Positions 24,440 through 36,850 of a DNA stretch of 64,000 nt are shown in pieces. Location of the stretch: contig QPGO01000072.1 in assembly GCA_008632985.1 (NCBI GenBank), positions 310,001-374,000 of the forward strand, written 5' to 3'. A program made the translations under genes and the position numbers. Every line of letters starts with the position of its first letter. The first letter of the stretch is position 1. Origin of the DNA: Psammoneis japonica. Taxonomy: Eukaryota. The notes beneath the pieces were generated by a model. It made no database searches, was not told where the DNA came from, and saw only the letters and a program-made list of their open reading frames with translations.

Positions 24440-27331
24440 TCATTGCTCGTCAGTTTGATTTTGTTTGTGCATCTCTTTGAGATGACGCACCACACGATGC
24501 GTCCTCACGATGGAGCATGCTCTTCTCTTCTTGCTGCCTTCTTCATCCATCCGTTCATCGCCATGCATCTTCCAAATTTCCTTGCCTGTCTCAGAGTGTC
24601 GTATCTCAAAGCATGTCATGCCAGCGAACTCCGGCAGTTTGTGCATTTGTCGCTTGTCGTCCAGAGGGACGAAGTTGTGAGCTACGACACTGCATTTTTT
24701 GCAGGCTGCCACTGACTTCTTCACTCCCGCCAAGCCAATGTTTTTGTTCCAGTTCGACTCCAACATGCAAACAGAGCAGACGTCGTGACACGATGTTGTC
24801 ATGACGGGTTTGTGTTGATCGTCCGCTGAAATTTGGGCACGGCTTGCACGAGCACATGCCAACAAGCTCGGTGGATGTGGAAAAAGCCTGTCAGCGCTTC
24901 TGAACTCCATGAAGTCCTGCGCAACCCAAACCAGAAACTCCCATCGCAACATGTCATTCCGGTCTTTCACCTCCTTGCAAGACAACTTCCATCCGACCAT
25001 CCCTTGCTGAAGCATCAAATCTTTTATTCCCAAGTCGCACCTTTTGCACCACTTCTTGAAATGGGCTTTGTTTGCGAAGCCACCACCATGCAAACGGGAC
25101 TGGTCAGATTGGTCAACTGCGTTCATTGTTTCTTGGCAGGTTTTCAACGGACGCGGCACGGGGACAGTCAATTTGAGACTTCCGACTTGACGTTGAACCT
25201 CGCTGACCTCTGTGGAGACAAGGGAGGTGCAGCAATTCACCACCTTGCTGTCGTGCCACTGTAGAATCTGCATTTTATTCACTTTGTCATGAGCCATCTT
25301 AAATGAACCACGCTTGTCCTTGGCCGCAACGTTCATGCCCTTGCGATTGGCACGAACAGTTCCTGTGCTGTGCATGTGGCAGTTGTCCCGCAAAATGGCC
25401 GCCAACTGTGGACATTGGCGCCGGTTGTCGAGTGCCACATGTCTCCAGCCATGCTCGGATGCTGCATGAAGCCCCAACTGCATGATTGCATTCACTGCCG
25501 CCTTCTGTGTCGTGGGAAGATTGTGGCACTTTTCGTTGACGAAGGCGTTGGTTTCATTCTTGCCTTGACAAATGTCAACATGAATGAGAAATTTGTCGGT
25601 TGCATCCGCCAGCATAAAGAACTCTACACGATGTTTGTCAGGCTTGTCTTTGTTGCACTGTCGCACAGGACAAAACCGAGAGCGACAGCTTGCACCACCT
25701 TCGTCAAAGGCTAAATGCGTTCCAGGAATGAACGTATGCCTCGAAGCTGCACTCAATTGATTGAGGGATCGGCGCAGCTGACAGCACTTGTCACCACCCA
25801 TGGATGCCGCCTTCTCTTCGGGATGGCAGGCTCCTCGTATCTGCTTGAATCGGTGCAAGTCCATGTGCTTGTGTGCGAAGCCAGCTGAATCGGGAATGCG
25901 TCTCTTCTTTCCATTCCTGCTTGCACTGGATTCCAACACAACATCTTCTTCCGCAAAACAGGCACAGTGTCCACCAGCATCTCTGGGAGACAAAGACATC
26001 ATAAGCACAATTCCAAGGAAATGACACATTTCGTCGGCAGTGACAGGTTTCCATTTCAAACTGTGGCACCGTCCATTCTTGCCAAGGGTGGGTTTTGTGA
26101 AATGGTTGAAGTGTGCATTAGAGTTGCAAGCCAATCAGGATACAAAGAAATGGCCAAGCCCACCACATGCTGCCACCACCTCTGTGGGTGTGTTGAAGGA
26201 TGCAGCAACACCTGGTTTCAATCCATGTGGTCCAGAGTGCAGTTCATTTGGTCGCGAAGCTTCGTCATCGGAAAACAAATCTACATCTTCCTCACAAATG
26301 GCAAACTTCCAAACCAATTTATCAACCAGCTTGGCAAAGTCAGAACAATCCTCAACATCATTGGCAGCGGCGTCAGCAGCATCAGCAGCATCAACAGCAT
26401 CATCAGCATCATCATTGTCACATTCCTCACCGTCATCATGGCAGTGCTTGTCTGTCGCTTCTTCACTGGGATCCCAAGTCCATGCACTGTCAAATGGATC
26501 ATAGTCAGAGCCATCATCCAAATCGGATTCCCATTGAGAAGTGTCACTTCGCAAAATTGGCGTGGCGGTTGGTGGCGCTGCTGCTGCTTCTACGGCAGTG
26601 GGTTGTCTGGCACCAGTGCTCACTGAGCTGAGACTGTGTGCGGTGGAGCCAATGGAATCAGTGGTTCTCAAGGCAGCTGCACGTTGAGCACGCTCCACTG
26701 TTGGGGGAGTGTTCATTGCGGGCGTTGCGGCAACCGGCTGGGCGGCGACTGGAGTGGTGTTTTGGCGCATCGACTCGGGCGCATCCTTGCGCGTCCTGGG
26801 TGAAACCATGGCGTCATACGATGCCATTGCTTCTCTTAACATGTTTTGAGTGTGCACGTCATTTGGCAGCTGGTGGCATGCATGATCCTTGTCCATTGTT
26901 GATGGCAAAGATGACAGGTTGTCCCACTTGATTGTGAACTTCCAGTCATTCTTTTTTCGTGGGCAACCGACTGTGGTGCCCTCAATCTGCACTGCTTCAA
27001 AGAACTGGTTGGAGTGCAACTGTTGGTGCTGAGGCTTCACAAACAACTTGGTGGAACCAAGGAACTTCTTCCTTGCACAAGAAAAATGATTCCTTGACTT
27101 TTTGGCCGGCGGCGGATGTGCAATGGCTTGTGCGTCTTGTTGCTCTTGTTCCATGACACCGGCTGCAATTTGTTGAAATTGTTCCTCGAAAGCACGGGGC
27201 GAATTGGGAACATCAATGCCACCTGTCAACATGTCAGCAACGTTTGTCTGTTGTCCATGCATCCCAACAGGAGAGAGAGGTGGTGGGAGGGAACATTCCA
27301 CCTCGTCGGGTGACACAGTTTCATCCGTCAT
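24440..27331 (-). pseudogene. piggyBac-family DDD transposase, arm 2 (internal TGA at 26135-26137)
   Basis: ORFs 26135-27388 and 24440-26134 are in frame and separated by one stop. Near-identical to arm 1. Confidence 0.85.
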
Positions 27332-27591
27332 GGTGGAAGCAGTTTTGCCGGAAAAATTGCGCGAAAATGCCGCACTTTCGACAGGCACTGCTCAACAACT
27401 AAAGGTCACACGGAGACGATCGAAGAGTGGAAATGCATGTTTGCGAGTGCGGAGAATTCGTTTGTGCAGTCACTTGGGGCTTAAACCTGATTTTGTCGGA
27501 CACAATCGCCGAATCAAAAATTGAAACACCACATGTGGTGTGTCAATTTTTTGAAACACCACATGTGGTGCTTGTTCCTGATTGGCGTCAA

Positions 27592-28080
27592 GCTCCTCCT
27601 CGCGTGCCTTGCGCTTTTTCTGAGCGTTGGCAAAGAACTCCTCGACCTTCGATCCGATGAGAGCATTGATGTCTTCCTCATTCCGAGGTTTTGTGTTGGG
27701 CTTGCTGCCTCCGTTGTTGGAATGTCCAGTCTTGACACGTTTCACGTGGTGCTTGAGCTGACGGCAATCCTCCGTGTGATGTCCACAGTTGGTCCCGTGT
27801 GGCATGCACGACTTCTGGGTGTTCCGTTGGGTCGTGATTGACGACTCAGGATTGTCCGTTCTACGTCCCCGCTTGCGTGGAACCTTGGCATGTTGGTCCT
27901 GGTTACCTTCGGCAAGCTCGACCTGCTCGATGCGCTCGCAGAACTGCACAAATTCGGCGACAGCATGCGCCAACGGGTCAAAATTCTGCAGCGTCATGAA
28001 CTTCTGCCATGCGCTCGGCACACTGCACTCGAACATGTCACACAGTTCGTCATTGGGTGATGGTGCCAGTGCTTCTCCTT
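27592..28080 (-). pseudogene. Gypsy gag C-terminal half
   Basis: PSAWQKFMTLQNFDP...FVQFCERIE and a CMPHG...HHTEDC knuckle-like motif. In frame with the segment left of the piggyBac insertion. Confidence 0.75.
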
Positions 28081-28917
28081 CATGCAGACAAAAGGTTGTT
28101 TTTGTCGCGCCCTTTGTGACATTTGAGGCGGGTCATCCCCGCGTTTGTCCTGGAAATTGTCGTGGCATTTGAGTGAGGATGTTTGCAGTGTTTGTTTTTG
28201 AATGCAAAAATTGTTTGCATTCGCCCCCGATCGTGCACGAAAACGAGAACATCAGGCACCGTGATCGAAGCACGACGATGACGACAATGTTGACACAAGT
28301 CCAAAACGTGGTGGTCCGTGCGCAAACATTTGATGCATGTGTGACCTTGGATGCACAACAAGCACAAAATGAATGAAAGTTGACGCACGGCCCACCTCCG
28401 TCACAGACTTGTGGCTTGATGTTTTCACCGCGGTGAAGCACAGTGAAATTCAAGAAAAATCATGCAAATCACGAGCTGTTCGGCCAAATTCGAGCTAAAA
28501 AAAGTGGGGGATGACACGCCTTAAAGGCTGCAACACGTCGCCGTGACACATTGGCTCTTGTTGGCAGCTGTGTGTTGCACTCCTCCCCATGCATCACGCG
28601 TCCACATGGCTCTTTACCAACGTGTGCTGACACTGCACGGTTTTGGCGGAACAGTGTGGGTGCGCACGAAGGAACGTGCAGCTGCACAGAGTTTTTGCGC
28701 GTTCGACAGTGATCAACGTTGCTGCAGACAACTCCCACTCAGGGTTTCGAACCCCTGGCCTCCTGCCTGATGGTCGTGCGATGAACCACTCCGCTGTGAA
28801 TTCACAGTGCAGCATGCATGCAGACAAAAGGTCATTTTTGTCACGCCCTTTGTGACATTTAAAGGCTGCAACACGTCGCCGTGACACGTTGACTCTTGTC
28901 AGCAGCTGTGTGTTGCA
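28081..28917 (-). mobile_element. Remnant of a second, TRIM-like LTR element (two rearranged LTR copies)
   Basis: TGCAACACACAGCTG...CACGGCGACGTGTTGCAGCCTTTAA starts at both 28917 and 28579 on the minus strand, the latter preceded by a PPT ATGGGGAGGAG. 28081-28125 repeats at ~28815-28860. Confidence 0.6.
28732..28803 (-). ncRNA. Degenerate tRNA-like / Pol III A-box and B-box module inside the LTR remnant
   Basis: A-box-like (C/T)AGCGGAGTGG at 28796-28786 and B-box GGTTCGAAACC at 28753-28743, 32 nt apart. D-stem and T-stem can pair; anticodon arm is poor. Confidence 0.45.
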
Positions 28918-28921
28918 TTTG

Positions 28922-31900
28922 ATTGGCTGATCTGGCCACCACAATTTTGTCTCTCAAATGCATGCTGTGGTGGGTCCAGAGAATCTTCACAAGCCAGCTG
29001 ATTGTGCATGATGCCTGCATTGTCTCGTTGACTCTGACACACATCCCCACTGGAACACCAGCATTGAAGCCAGGTTGTTCTGTTGGATTTTGGAATGGGG
29101 TCATTGTCCTGCCACCTCAGAAGCATCTTTGACCACATGGAACCTGGATGTTTTGCACAAGTCCACCAATTCTGGAGTTTGCAGCTTTGGTCTTGTTTTG
29201 TTGTTTCTGATCTCTTGCATCAGAACATGAGCCCACCATCTGTGTGGCCTGCCAGCGTTCCTCCTCTTGCTTGGTGCCTGTTGTGTCTGTCATCAAAATC
29301 GGCCCCAGTGCTGTGTCTTCATTTTGCCCACAATTGCAGTTGCCACATGTTGCACTCACATGTTGAGCACATGTTTGTGATTGCATCTCCTCTTTTGACC
29401 ATTGCAATGGTCTTGCATCTGCTGTTTTTGCCACATCTGATGATTTGCAAAAAAGTTCTTTCACCTCATTGTGTTTTTGACAAAATGTTTTTTTTAAATC
29501 TTTCCACTCATCATCTGGGAGGAGCTTCCACAAGCATTCAATCTCAGATGGAGTTGGTGGTTCATCTGCATGGCCTGCACTTGCCTGTGAAAAATGATTG
29601 TGATCACAGCTCTGCGAGTTTTCAAACTCTTGGGACGGGACCACTTTTCCCTTTTTTCCTTTCTGTTCAACAAAATTTTGGCATGCTCCACCTGGCATTC
29701 AGTCTTGCAGACCTGCTCTCAGTGCACGATGGCACTCTGGTCATGCACAAGTTCACAGTGAAGCTCTCATCCCAAAAACTTGTTCTCACTCACAACGCCC
29801 CAGTTTTTTTCCTTTTTGCACTCAGCTTTCTTGTCTGCCTTCCAGCTCCATCCTGCCACAGCCACTGATGTTCTTGCCACAATTGAGCATGACAAAACTT
29901 CTCCTGCTGAGTGCTTCTTGCAGCTGGGCTCCAAGGATGAGCTTTCACTCAACCAAACAAAGCTTGTTCTCCATCAAAACACCAGTTCTGCCATTGCTGA
30001 TTTCATGTGTGGTCAATTTGTCCAGCTCCTCATGTTTCACAAAGGTTGCATCATTGCAACTGTGAAACCCAGCCCCCCTTTGTGCATGGCAGCAATGAAG
30101 TCAAGCACTTGTGCAGCTTTTCTGACACTGCTGGCACAGTTGTTTCCATGTCAGGAACTTGCCAACATTTCAAGAAACACTTTGTGTCCTTGGTGCCCCA
30201 AGCTGATGCAGTGATGTCTGGCTTGCCTCATGCCGAGACTCCTCCAGGTGATGTTGAGGGACCTCCACTTGCTGACAGTGCCAATGATCCAGCATCTCTT
30301 CAACACCTCAATTTGGGAATCCTGCCAGGGCTGAAAAATGACAACAAGTCATTGTTGCTCTCTCTCCATGGCCTTCCCTCTCCCTCCAGGTTGCTCCTGC
30401 CTCTTGGAAATCACTCCTGACAGTTGTTTCCAGTGCCAGAGATGTGGTGCTGGAAGGCTGTTGGTTGCATCCAACAGCATGTGCAGGTTTTGTTCTCTCA
30501 ATCAAGGAGGACCTTGTTTTGACCAAGCCACTGACAGCCTCCAAGTTGTCAATGATTTGATTGGCCTCAATGTTTGCACTTTTTGATGATGATTTTCAGG
30601 TGGTGGCGCCCTTTTTGGGCTGTTGCGCAAGTGTCCAATCCACCATTGGGACAGCCTCTGCTTTGACCTGGCAGTCTTTGGGAGCCATGGTTCAAGGCCC
30701 GACCACCAACATTGCAAATGGAGCTCAGGCAGGAGGAATTGTTGCCCCTCAAGGACCCATTACACTGTCAATGTCAGAGGAGCCTCTGAGATGAAGAAGG
30801 GCGAGGATCACAAGAAGAGGGCTGTTGACATCCAGTCTTGGCACTCTTTGTCCTTTTGCCACAAAAGGTGATGGGTTCAGATGCTGTCATTTTGGGTGCA
30901 CTCAAGCCAGTTTTTGTCAATGCTCTCCAACAATCAAGCAAGACTGAGACTGAGCTTGCTGCATCTGTGAGATTGCTGTCATGGCACTCAGCAGCAGGAG
31001 GAGATCAATGAATGTCTTTGTCCAAGTTTTTGCCTTTCATGCTGATGCTTGTGCAAATGAGGCTTTTGCTTGTGGCACCTGTTCCTTTTGTCTCCTGCCT
31101 TGCTTGGGTCATGACACACACGTGGCCAACATTGATGTTGTGAACTTCCTTGGTCCTTGTGTGGACAACACTGAGAATTGTTCCCAGAAGGTCAAAGAGG
31201 GCCAACAAATTCCTGAGCACTCTTGTCATGATGGACTCCAACAACACAACTGCTGAGTTGATCAAGAAGTCTGCTTTTTACAACATGGGTCAAGCTCATG
31301 ATTTCTCAGACATCATTTTGGCTCTTGGCAACTTCAGGCTCATCTTCAATGCCCTTGTTGAAAACTTTGACAATGAGGCTCTCTGGCAACAGCTTCTCCA
31401 TTGCTGCCATGTTGCTTTTGGCAAGAGTGGCAAGCAGCGGATTGCAAGCAATGGCAACACTTTGTAAAATTGCCGCTTTTTTGCTCAACAACATTCAAAA
31501 ATGTCATTGCACCTTTTCCCAACTCAGCAGCGACCCAGACTGGCATCTCCAAGCACTTGACAAACCAGTCAATTCAGGATTTGGAAACCAACATCAGTCG
31601 CCCCCCCCCCCCCATGCCCTGGAACCTTTGGAAGCAAGTGATTGCTCTTTCAGCTTGCTGCAGAGTCAAGCTCTGCCCTGAGTGCTGGCAAGCATTCAGT
31701 CAATTCTCCTCTGGCTGCAGTGTCTCCATCCAAAAAACCAACGCATCCCTTGTCAGCATCTGACATTGAATTGAGCAAGAAGATGGGGCTCCTGGTCATT
31801 TCTGGAAACCCTTGTCAGCCTCCTGTTGTCCCATTTTTGGCCAAGAAATGTGTTAATTTAAGCACTGAAGAGCATGTGTGCCCTCATTTTGTGATGTGTG

Positions 31901-34900
31901 AGTTCTGTTGCAGCTGCCCCAAGTGCAGCAAGCCCCACATTGCAAATTTGTGCAACCTTCCTCAGGCCAAACACATGTTGCTGATCAAATTTCTCAATGA
32001 TTCTGACAACCTTTCCTTTGCCAAGGGAAAAGGCCCCAGCAGTGCATCTTGAATCTGCTTGGTTTCATCTTGTGACAAACCAGTGAATCTGTTTTTCTGA
32101 ACATCATCTCTCACCTCCATTTTTTTGTTTCAGTGTTTGTCAACCTCATGCTTTGCCAGCTTGCATTGTTGACTTGGTTGCTGCAATTTTGGACAACAAA
32201 ATGGATGCAATCTGAGCTGCAGAAGCTGAGGCATGTGCTGAAGATGATGTTGTCTCCACTTTGACCAATGCAACCAGCCAAGGGTGTCAGAGTCCATTGG
32301 GTTGGTGCAACAAGATGTTCCTGATGCCACTCCAGTTTCCTCCAAAGAGATCAAGAAATTCTGTCCAGCATCATCTCTCTTGTGAGCTTGTTGGGTGCTG
32401 GTGCTCTTGCTCCCACCTCAATGATTGACAACTCTTTTAAGAAAGCTGAGTGAGAAAAGTTCATCAGAGCAAACTTTTCCAATCAAAGAGGGTCTCAGTT
32501 GGACCAACCTTTTGGCAATGACAATGTCAGTCAAAAGCTCACCTCTGAGGCTGCTTTTCCTCATGCTTTGCTGCCCCTTTGGAAGTCTGGCTTTTTGCAT
32601 GATGACACTGGCAAACAGAGTTTTCTCTTGTTTCCACTGGTTTTGTCAGCAGTTGGGATGACCTGTGTGTTGTGTCACACACCAGTTGCCTGGTGCCTCC
32701 ATGTTCATGGCAAGATTGACTTCAATGCCCTTCAAAGATGCCCTGGAGATCAGGAGAGTGAAGAAAACCTCAACAAGGATTGCACCCAAAAAATGGCATC
32801 TGCTCTTCTCCATTTTGATGGGGACATGGCATTGTCAGTGCAGTGGGTCAGAGGCCAATGCATGTTGCTGTGAACAGAAAGAAGGTTGACAAGATCATCT
32901 CATCATTTTTGGATGGCAAAGTGGACCCTGCTGTCATTTCAACTGTCCACCAAGATTGATCCAGGAAAACTCACAAGGTGATTGCAAAGGACTCCAAGCA
33001 TGGCTTTGTTCCAACCCCTTTGCATGATTGGCAAATCACTCCATTTGCATTGAATTGTCACTTGTTGCCTCAGAGTCTGGTTGATGTCAACAAATTGTTC
33101 AAGAGCCCTTCCTTGCCCAGTCTTGGATTTTGGCCACTTCAATCATCTGTGGCCATCAATGACTTTTTTGTCACTGGACGAGGTTGAGTCTCCTCAACTG
33201 ACATCACTGCTTGGATGGACTTTGCATTTTGGGTTTGCAGTGCACACATTTCACACCCAACACAGGACATCCCCACCCAACTGACAATGATGTGATGGGA
33301 GCACACCACATGATGAAATGCAGTCTGAGCTTGGCTGGCATGCACGCATCAGTCCAGTGTGGATTTGGAGTCACACAGACTGGGTGCAATTTTGGAGACA
33401 TGCCCAACCCATGCAACAGAAACCAAGGCATTAAAAAAGCAGGTGGCAGCATGCGGAGTGCACAAAAAATAAAAAAAAAAAGATGTGTGGCAAACATCAG
33501 AAAATCCACAACATCAAGGAGTTGCAAGAAAGTCAGCTGACAATGTTGTCAGAGATGATGAGACCAAAACAACTCCTGCATTGCCGCCAGTGCAAAGAAG
33601 AAGCAGTCATTGATGTTGAGCATTTGCATCACAGGCTTGTGCATGAAATTGGCCTGGAATCCAAAGGTGAGTCACATGTCACATTGTGCTTGTTCCACAT
33701 CGGTGCTCAAGTTGACCTTGATGCCATGCTTGCCATGTCTAGACAACTTTGAGACACATGTGAAGCATGTTCATTGCAAGACATTTGTGCGGCCACTGAC
33801 AACAATTGGGTCACTTTGCATGTTTTGAATTTCCCTTCATTCCAAGAAAATGTTGGTGCACAAAGCGCTGCTGGGATGACTGGAGAGAGCCATCAACGTT
33901 CCTCTTGCCAAGGCCAATCTCACAAAATGAAGTCCTGCCATGTGGTGATGACTTTCTGAGGAGTCATTTCTGTGCTGAACCAGAAAGTTTGTGACAAAAG
34001 AACCACATGAATTGCAAATTGTTGATTTTCCATCTGATCTGAGGTGGAATGGCGCGCACCACAGGCACGATGAACCTGTTCTTGTGGCAACAGAACAAGG
34101 CTGCAGAACACCAAACACAAAGAATTGCTGGAAGATTTCCAGCAAGTCTCAGACCCACCACTTGTGTCCTCAAAAATGCACTTGTCAACAAGGCAAAATC
34201 TGTTGAATCAACCCTCTGGCAGCAACCAAGTCATGCTCTCAAGTTCAGGCAGATGAATGCTCTCTCCAACAAGGTCACTGAATGTGATTTAGTTTGCCAT
34301 GTCCAGACAAGGTGCTGCAGAGCTCAACATTGTCAGACAGTTCCATGTCCTGCTTTGACATGAGTGGGACAAAATTGCTGCCACTGGTCTCTGACCACTC
34401 TGGGAGACAGCCCTGTTCTCAAGCTCTTGGAGCAGTGCAGGTCAGGAATTTGCACCCCAGGCAGTTCTTCTGCAGAGTCGCACAGGGAAGCTCCACCAAC
34501 AAGGCCAAGACAAATGCAAAGACAAAGCTTGCTGCCATCCTGGAAGCCACGCAGCTCACTGCAATGGACAGCCCTGAAAACCCATTGCAGCTTTTTGCGT
34601 GCAGCTCAACTGCTGCATGCATGATGATGCTGTTGGACTCCAAAAGTGCCACCATGCTCAGACATGTGGGTCACTCTTCCCAGTGACTGGATTGTTGACT
34701 GTGGGTGCCCGTGACCATGCCAAAAGTGATGACTCTGGCCAATGTCAAAAGTGCAAGTCCCGCAATGATTGGTGCCACAATTTTGTTTTTGTGCCAACAG
34801 ACAATGACATGGCAATCCAAGGCACATGACCACACAATGCCAGACAAACAGGAATGGGCACTGCTGTCACCTGCACATTGCTCAACTGCTGCACACCAAA

Positions 34901-36850
34901 ATGTTGGTGATCCCCCTCCACATCAAACATCACACCTTGCAACCGCTGCTCCATCAAAGGTGTTGGTGCTCCAGCTTCAAACACATGACAAATGGAACAT
35001 GACCACCATGGAGAGATTGATTGGTGACACCAGCGCACCAAAAGAGGTGCAATGAAAAAGAGCTGGACATCAATCCCCAGTCACCCGAATGGCAAAAACA
35101 GGTTTCGGCATTGCCCAAATCTGACAGAACACAGTTGTGAGTTGGCCCAACCGCAATCTATGCATGGCTTTTCAAAAGACCAAGCCACCTGCACCAAAAG
35201 GGCCCACCTCCCAGATGAGGGGCTGCAACAATCCAGAATTCAAGTGTGCAGCTCAGACAGGGGAAGCATTCTCAAGACTTGATGCAACCACAGTTCCAGC
35301 AGTGTTGTGATGCACACTTGTGCAAAAACCACATTTGCTTCCAATTCACAGTCAGAACCAAATTTGGGATCTTGCCAAGCACATGCACAAAAAGGAATCC
35401 TGAAACAAAGAGAAAGGTGCAGACTGCAAACCTTGGCAAAAACAGCAATGGCCCATCAAACATGGCATCTCTTCACCATGCAGCACCGTCACTCTGTGTG
35501 CCGCAGTGCCACAAATTGGGAGTGTGCGTGGGTCATCAAATGACATTTTTGATTCTTCTTGAGAAGGTGGCACACAGGTGATTGTTGGCAGCCTTGTGCC
35601 CATGGCAAATGAAGCAGGGGTCTGACATGCCACACAGCAACAATGCAGGCCACCACCAGGATGAGACGGATGATGCAACAAACTGAGGGCCATTGTGAGG
35701 TGTGCCCACCTGCAGCACAGTGCAGTGCAACAAGTGTGCACAATCAAACGGTTGATTTTTGAATTGGCATCTTGTGAATTTTTGTGTGCGTGCATGCTGT
35801 CACCCGTTTTTCAAATGTTCTGGTGTCCATTGGGGTGGTGGCTGGCCCCAACATCATCAGCAGCTTGCACAACATGCTTTCCACATCCCACCAGACATTG
35901 TGGGTGTCATGCAACCTTTTTTTGCCAGTGCTTGAATTTCCACCAGCTTCAGTGGTCACTTTGTTTGCTCAAGCACTCCTTTGCTCTCTCAACCTGGGGG
36001 TGCTGAATGATGGCGCCATGTGGTCATCCATGCAAAAGCATCATGTTGATGACAACGTGTGCACACCAATGTTCAGGAGTTCCTGGAGCATGCTGTTTGT
36101 GCATGTGGCTGCACCCGTGCTTCACATGATGCAAGGTTTTCTGCACAAGGAGGTTCCCAGTGCTTTGAGCCTTGAAATGCTCAATCTTTTTCTTTCTGCC
36201 TCTCTTTTCAGCAATTGTTTGGATGAAAGTGCAACACAAGGGCCCTTGTGGTTGGTGTGATGGACCACAAGTTGCATGAGCTGCTCCTGATTGTCCTTCA
36301 CAAGTGGCTCCAATGAATGAAGCACCCATTGTTGGTCATGTCTTCTTCACTTGGCTTGTTGGAGTTCCATGCACGCCGCTGCCCCCACACATGTTGCATT
36401 GGCTCTTTCTTCTCCAGAAAATTTTTGGGCTGTTTGATTGCCCATCACCACATTGCAAAGTGGATGCTTCTTGAGAGCAATTGTGTTGGAAGGAACAAAA
36501 GCCCAATTTGTCTGCTGTGTGAGTCTTGCGACTTTGGCGTTTGAGCCACTTCATTGGGCTCTTTTGGAAAAACCTGACTTGTCTGCTGTGTGAGTCTTGA
36601 GACTTTGGCATTAGAGCCACTTCATTGGGGGCTCTTGCAGCTGCTTGGTTCAGCATCTCAAATCAACTCCCAAGAACCCATGGGAGGCAAACAAGATTGG
36701 TGCCGTTGTCCCATGCAATCCTTGCTGTCAAGGTTTTGGCAATGCGCCAGTGGGCTCAGAGGTGGCGGTCACTGCCGCAAGTTTTGTTTTTGTTTCCTTG
36801 TGCTTTGGAGGAGTGATGAAGATTCTTGACACTGTGTCATGATGCACTCT
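28922..36850 (+). mobile_element. Decayed putative DIRS-like (tyrosine-recombinase) retrotransposon, copy A, right part
   Basis: Colinear with ~42260-49875. Fragments resemble a gag CCCH finger (CPHFVMCEFCCSCPKCSKPH) and RT (DNDVMGAH...AGMHAS...GCNFGD), with a possible recombinase remnant on the minus strand at ~35300-36300. Many frameshifts. Confidence 0.5.

Larger units (their letters stand above)
18136..27587. mobile_element. piggyBac-like transposon present as an inverted dimer (arms 18136-22820 and 22917-27587) in a single TTAA site of Gypsy gag
   Basis: The arms are reverse complements. TTAA at 18132-18135 and TCAA (mutated TTAA) at 27588-27591. Removing the element restores gag GAG CTT AAT CAC (ELNH). 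Subterminal palindromes CACCATATATGGTG and CACCACATGTGGTG. Confidence 0.85.
10782..28080 (-). mobile_element. Ty3/Gypsy LTR retrotransposon, 5'-truncated, with two nested insertions
   Basis: Minus-strand order gag (27592-28080), protease ALLDSGAS, RT, RNase H, integrase, then polypurine tract ATGGGGGAG (~11209-11217) and a putative 3' LTR 10782-~11206. Confidence 0.9.

Noticed and set aside
11246..26134. Alternative genetic code explaining Tyr-free proteins
   Set aside because: Host genes and the unmutated Gypsy island use TAT/TAC normally, and paralogues differ at exactly these sites.
36505..36630. Local ~50-70 bp direct duplication as a DIRS terminal repeat
   Set aside because: Present only in this copy; more simply a local slippage or rearrangement.
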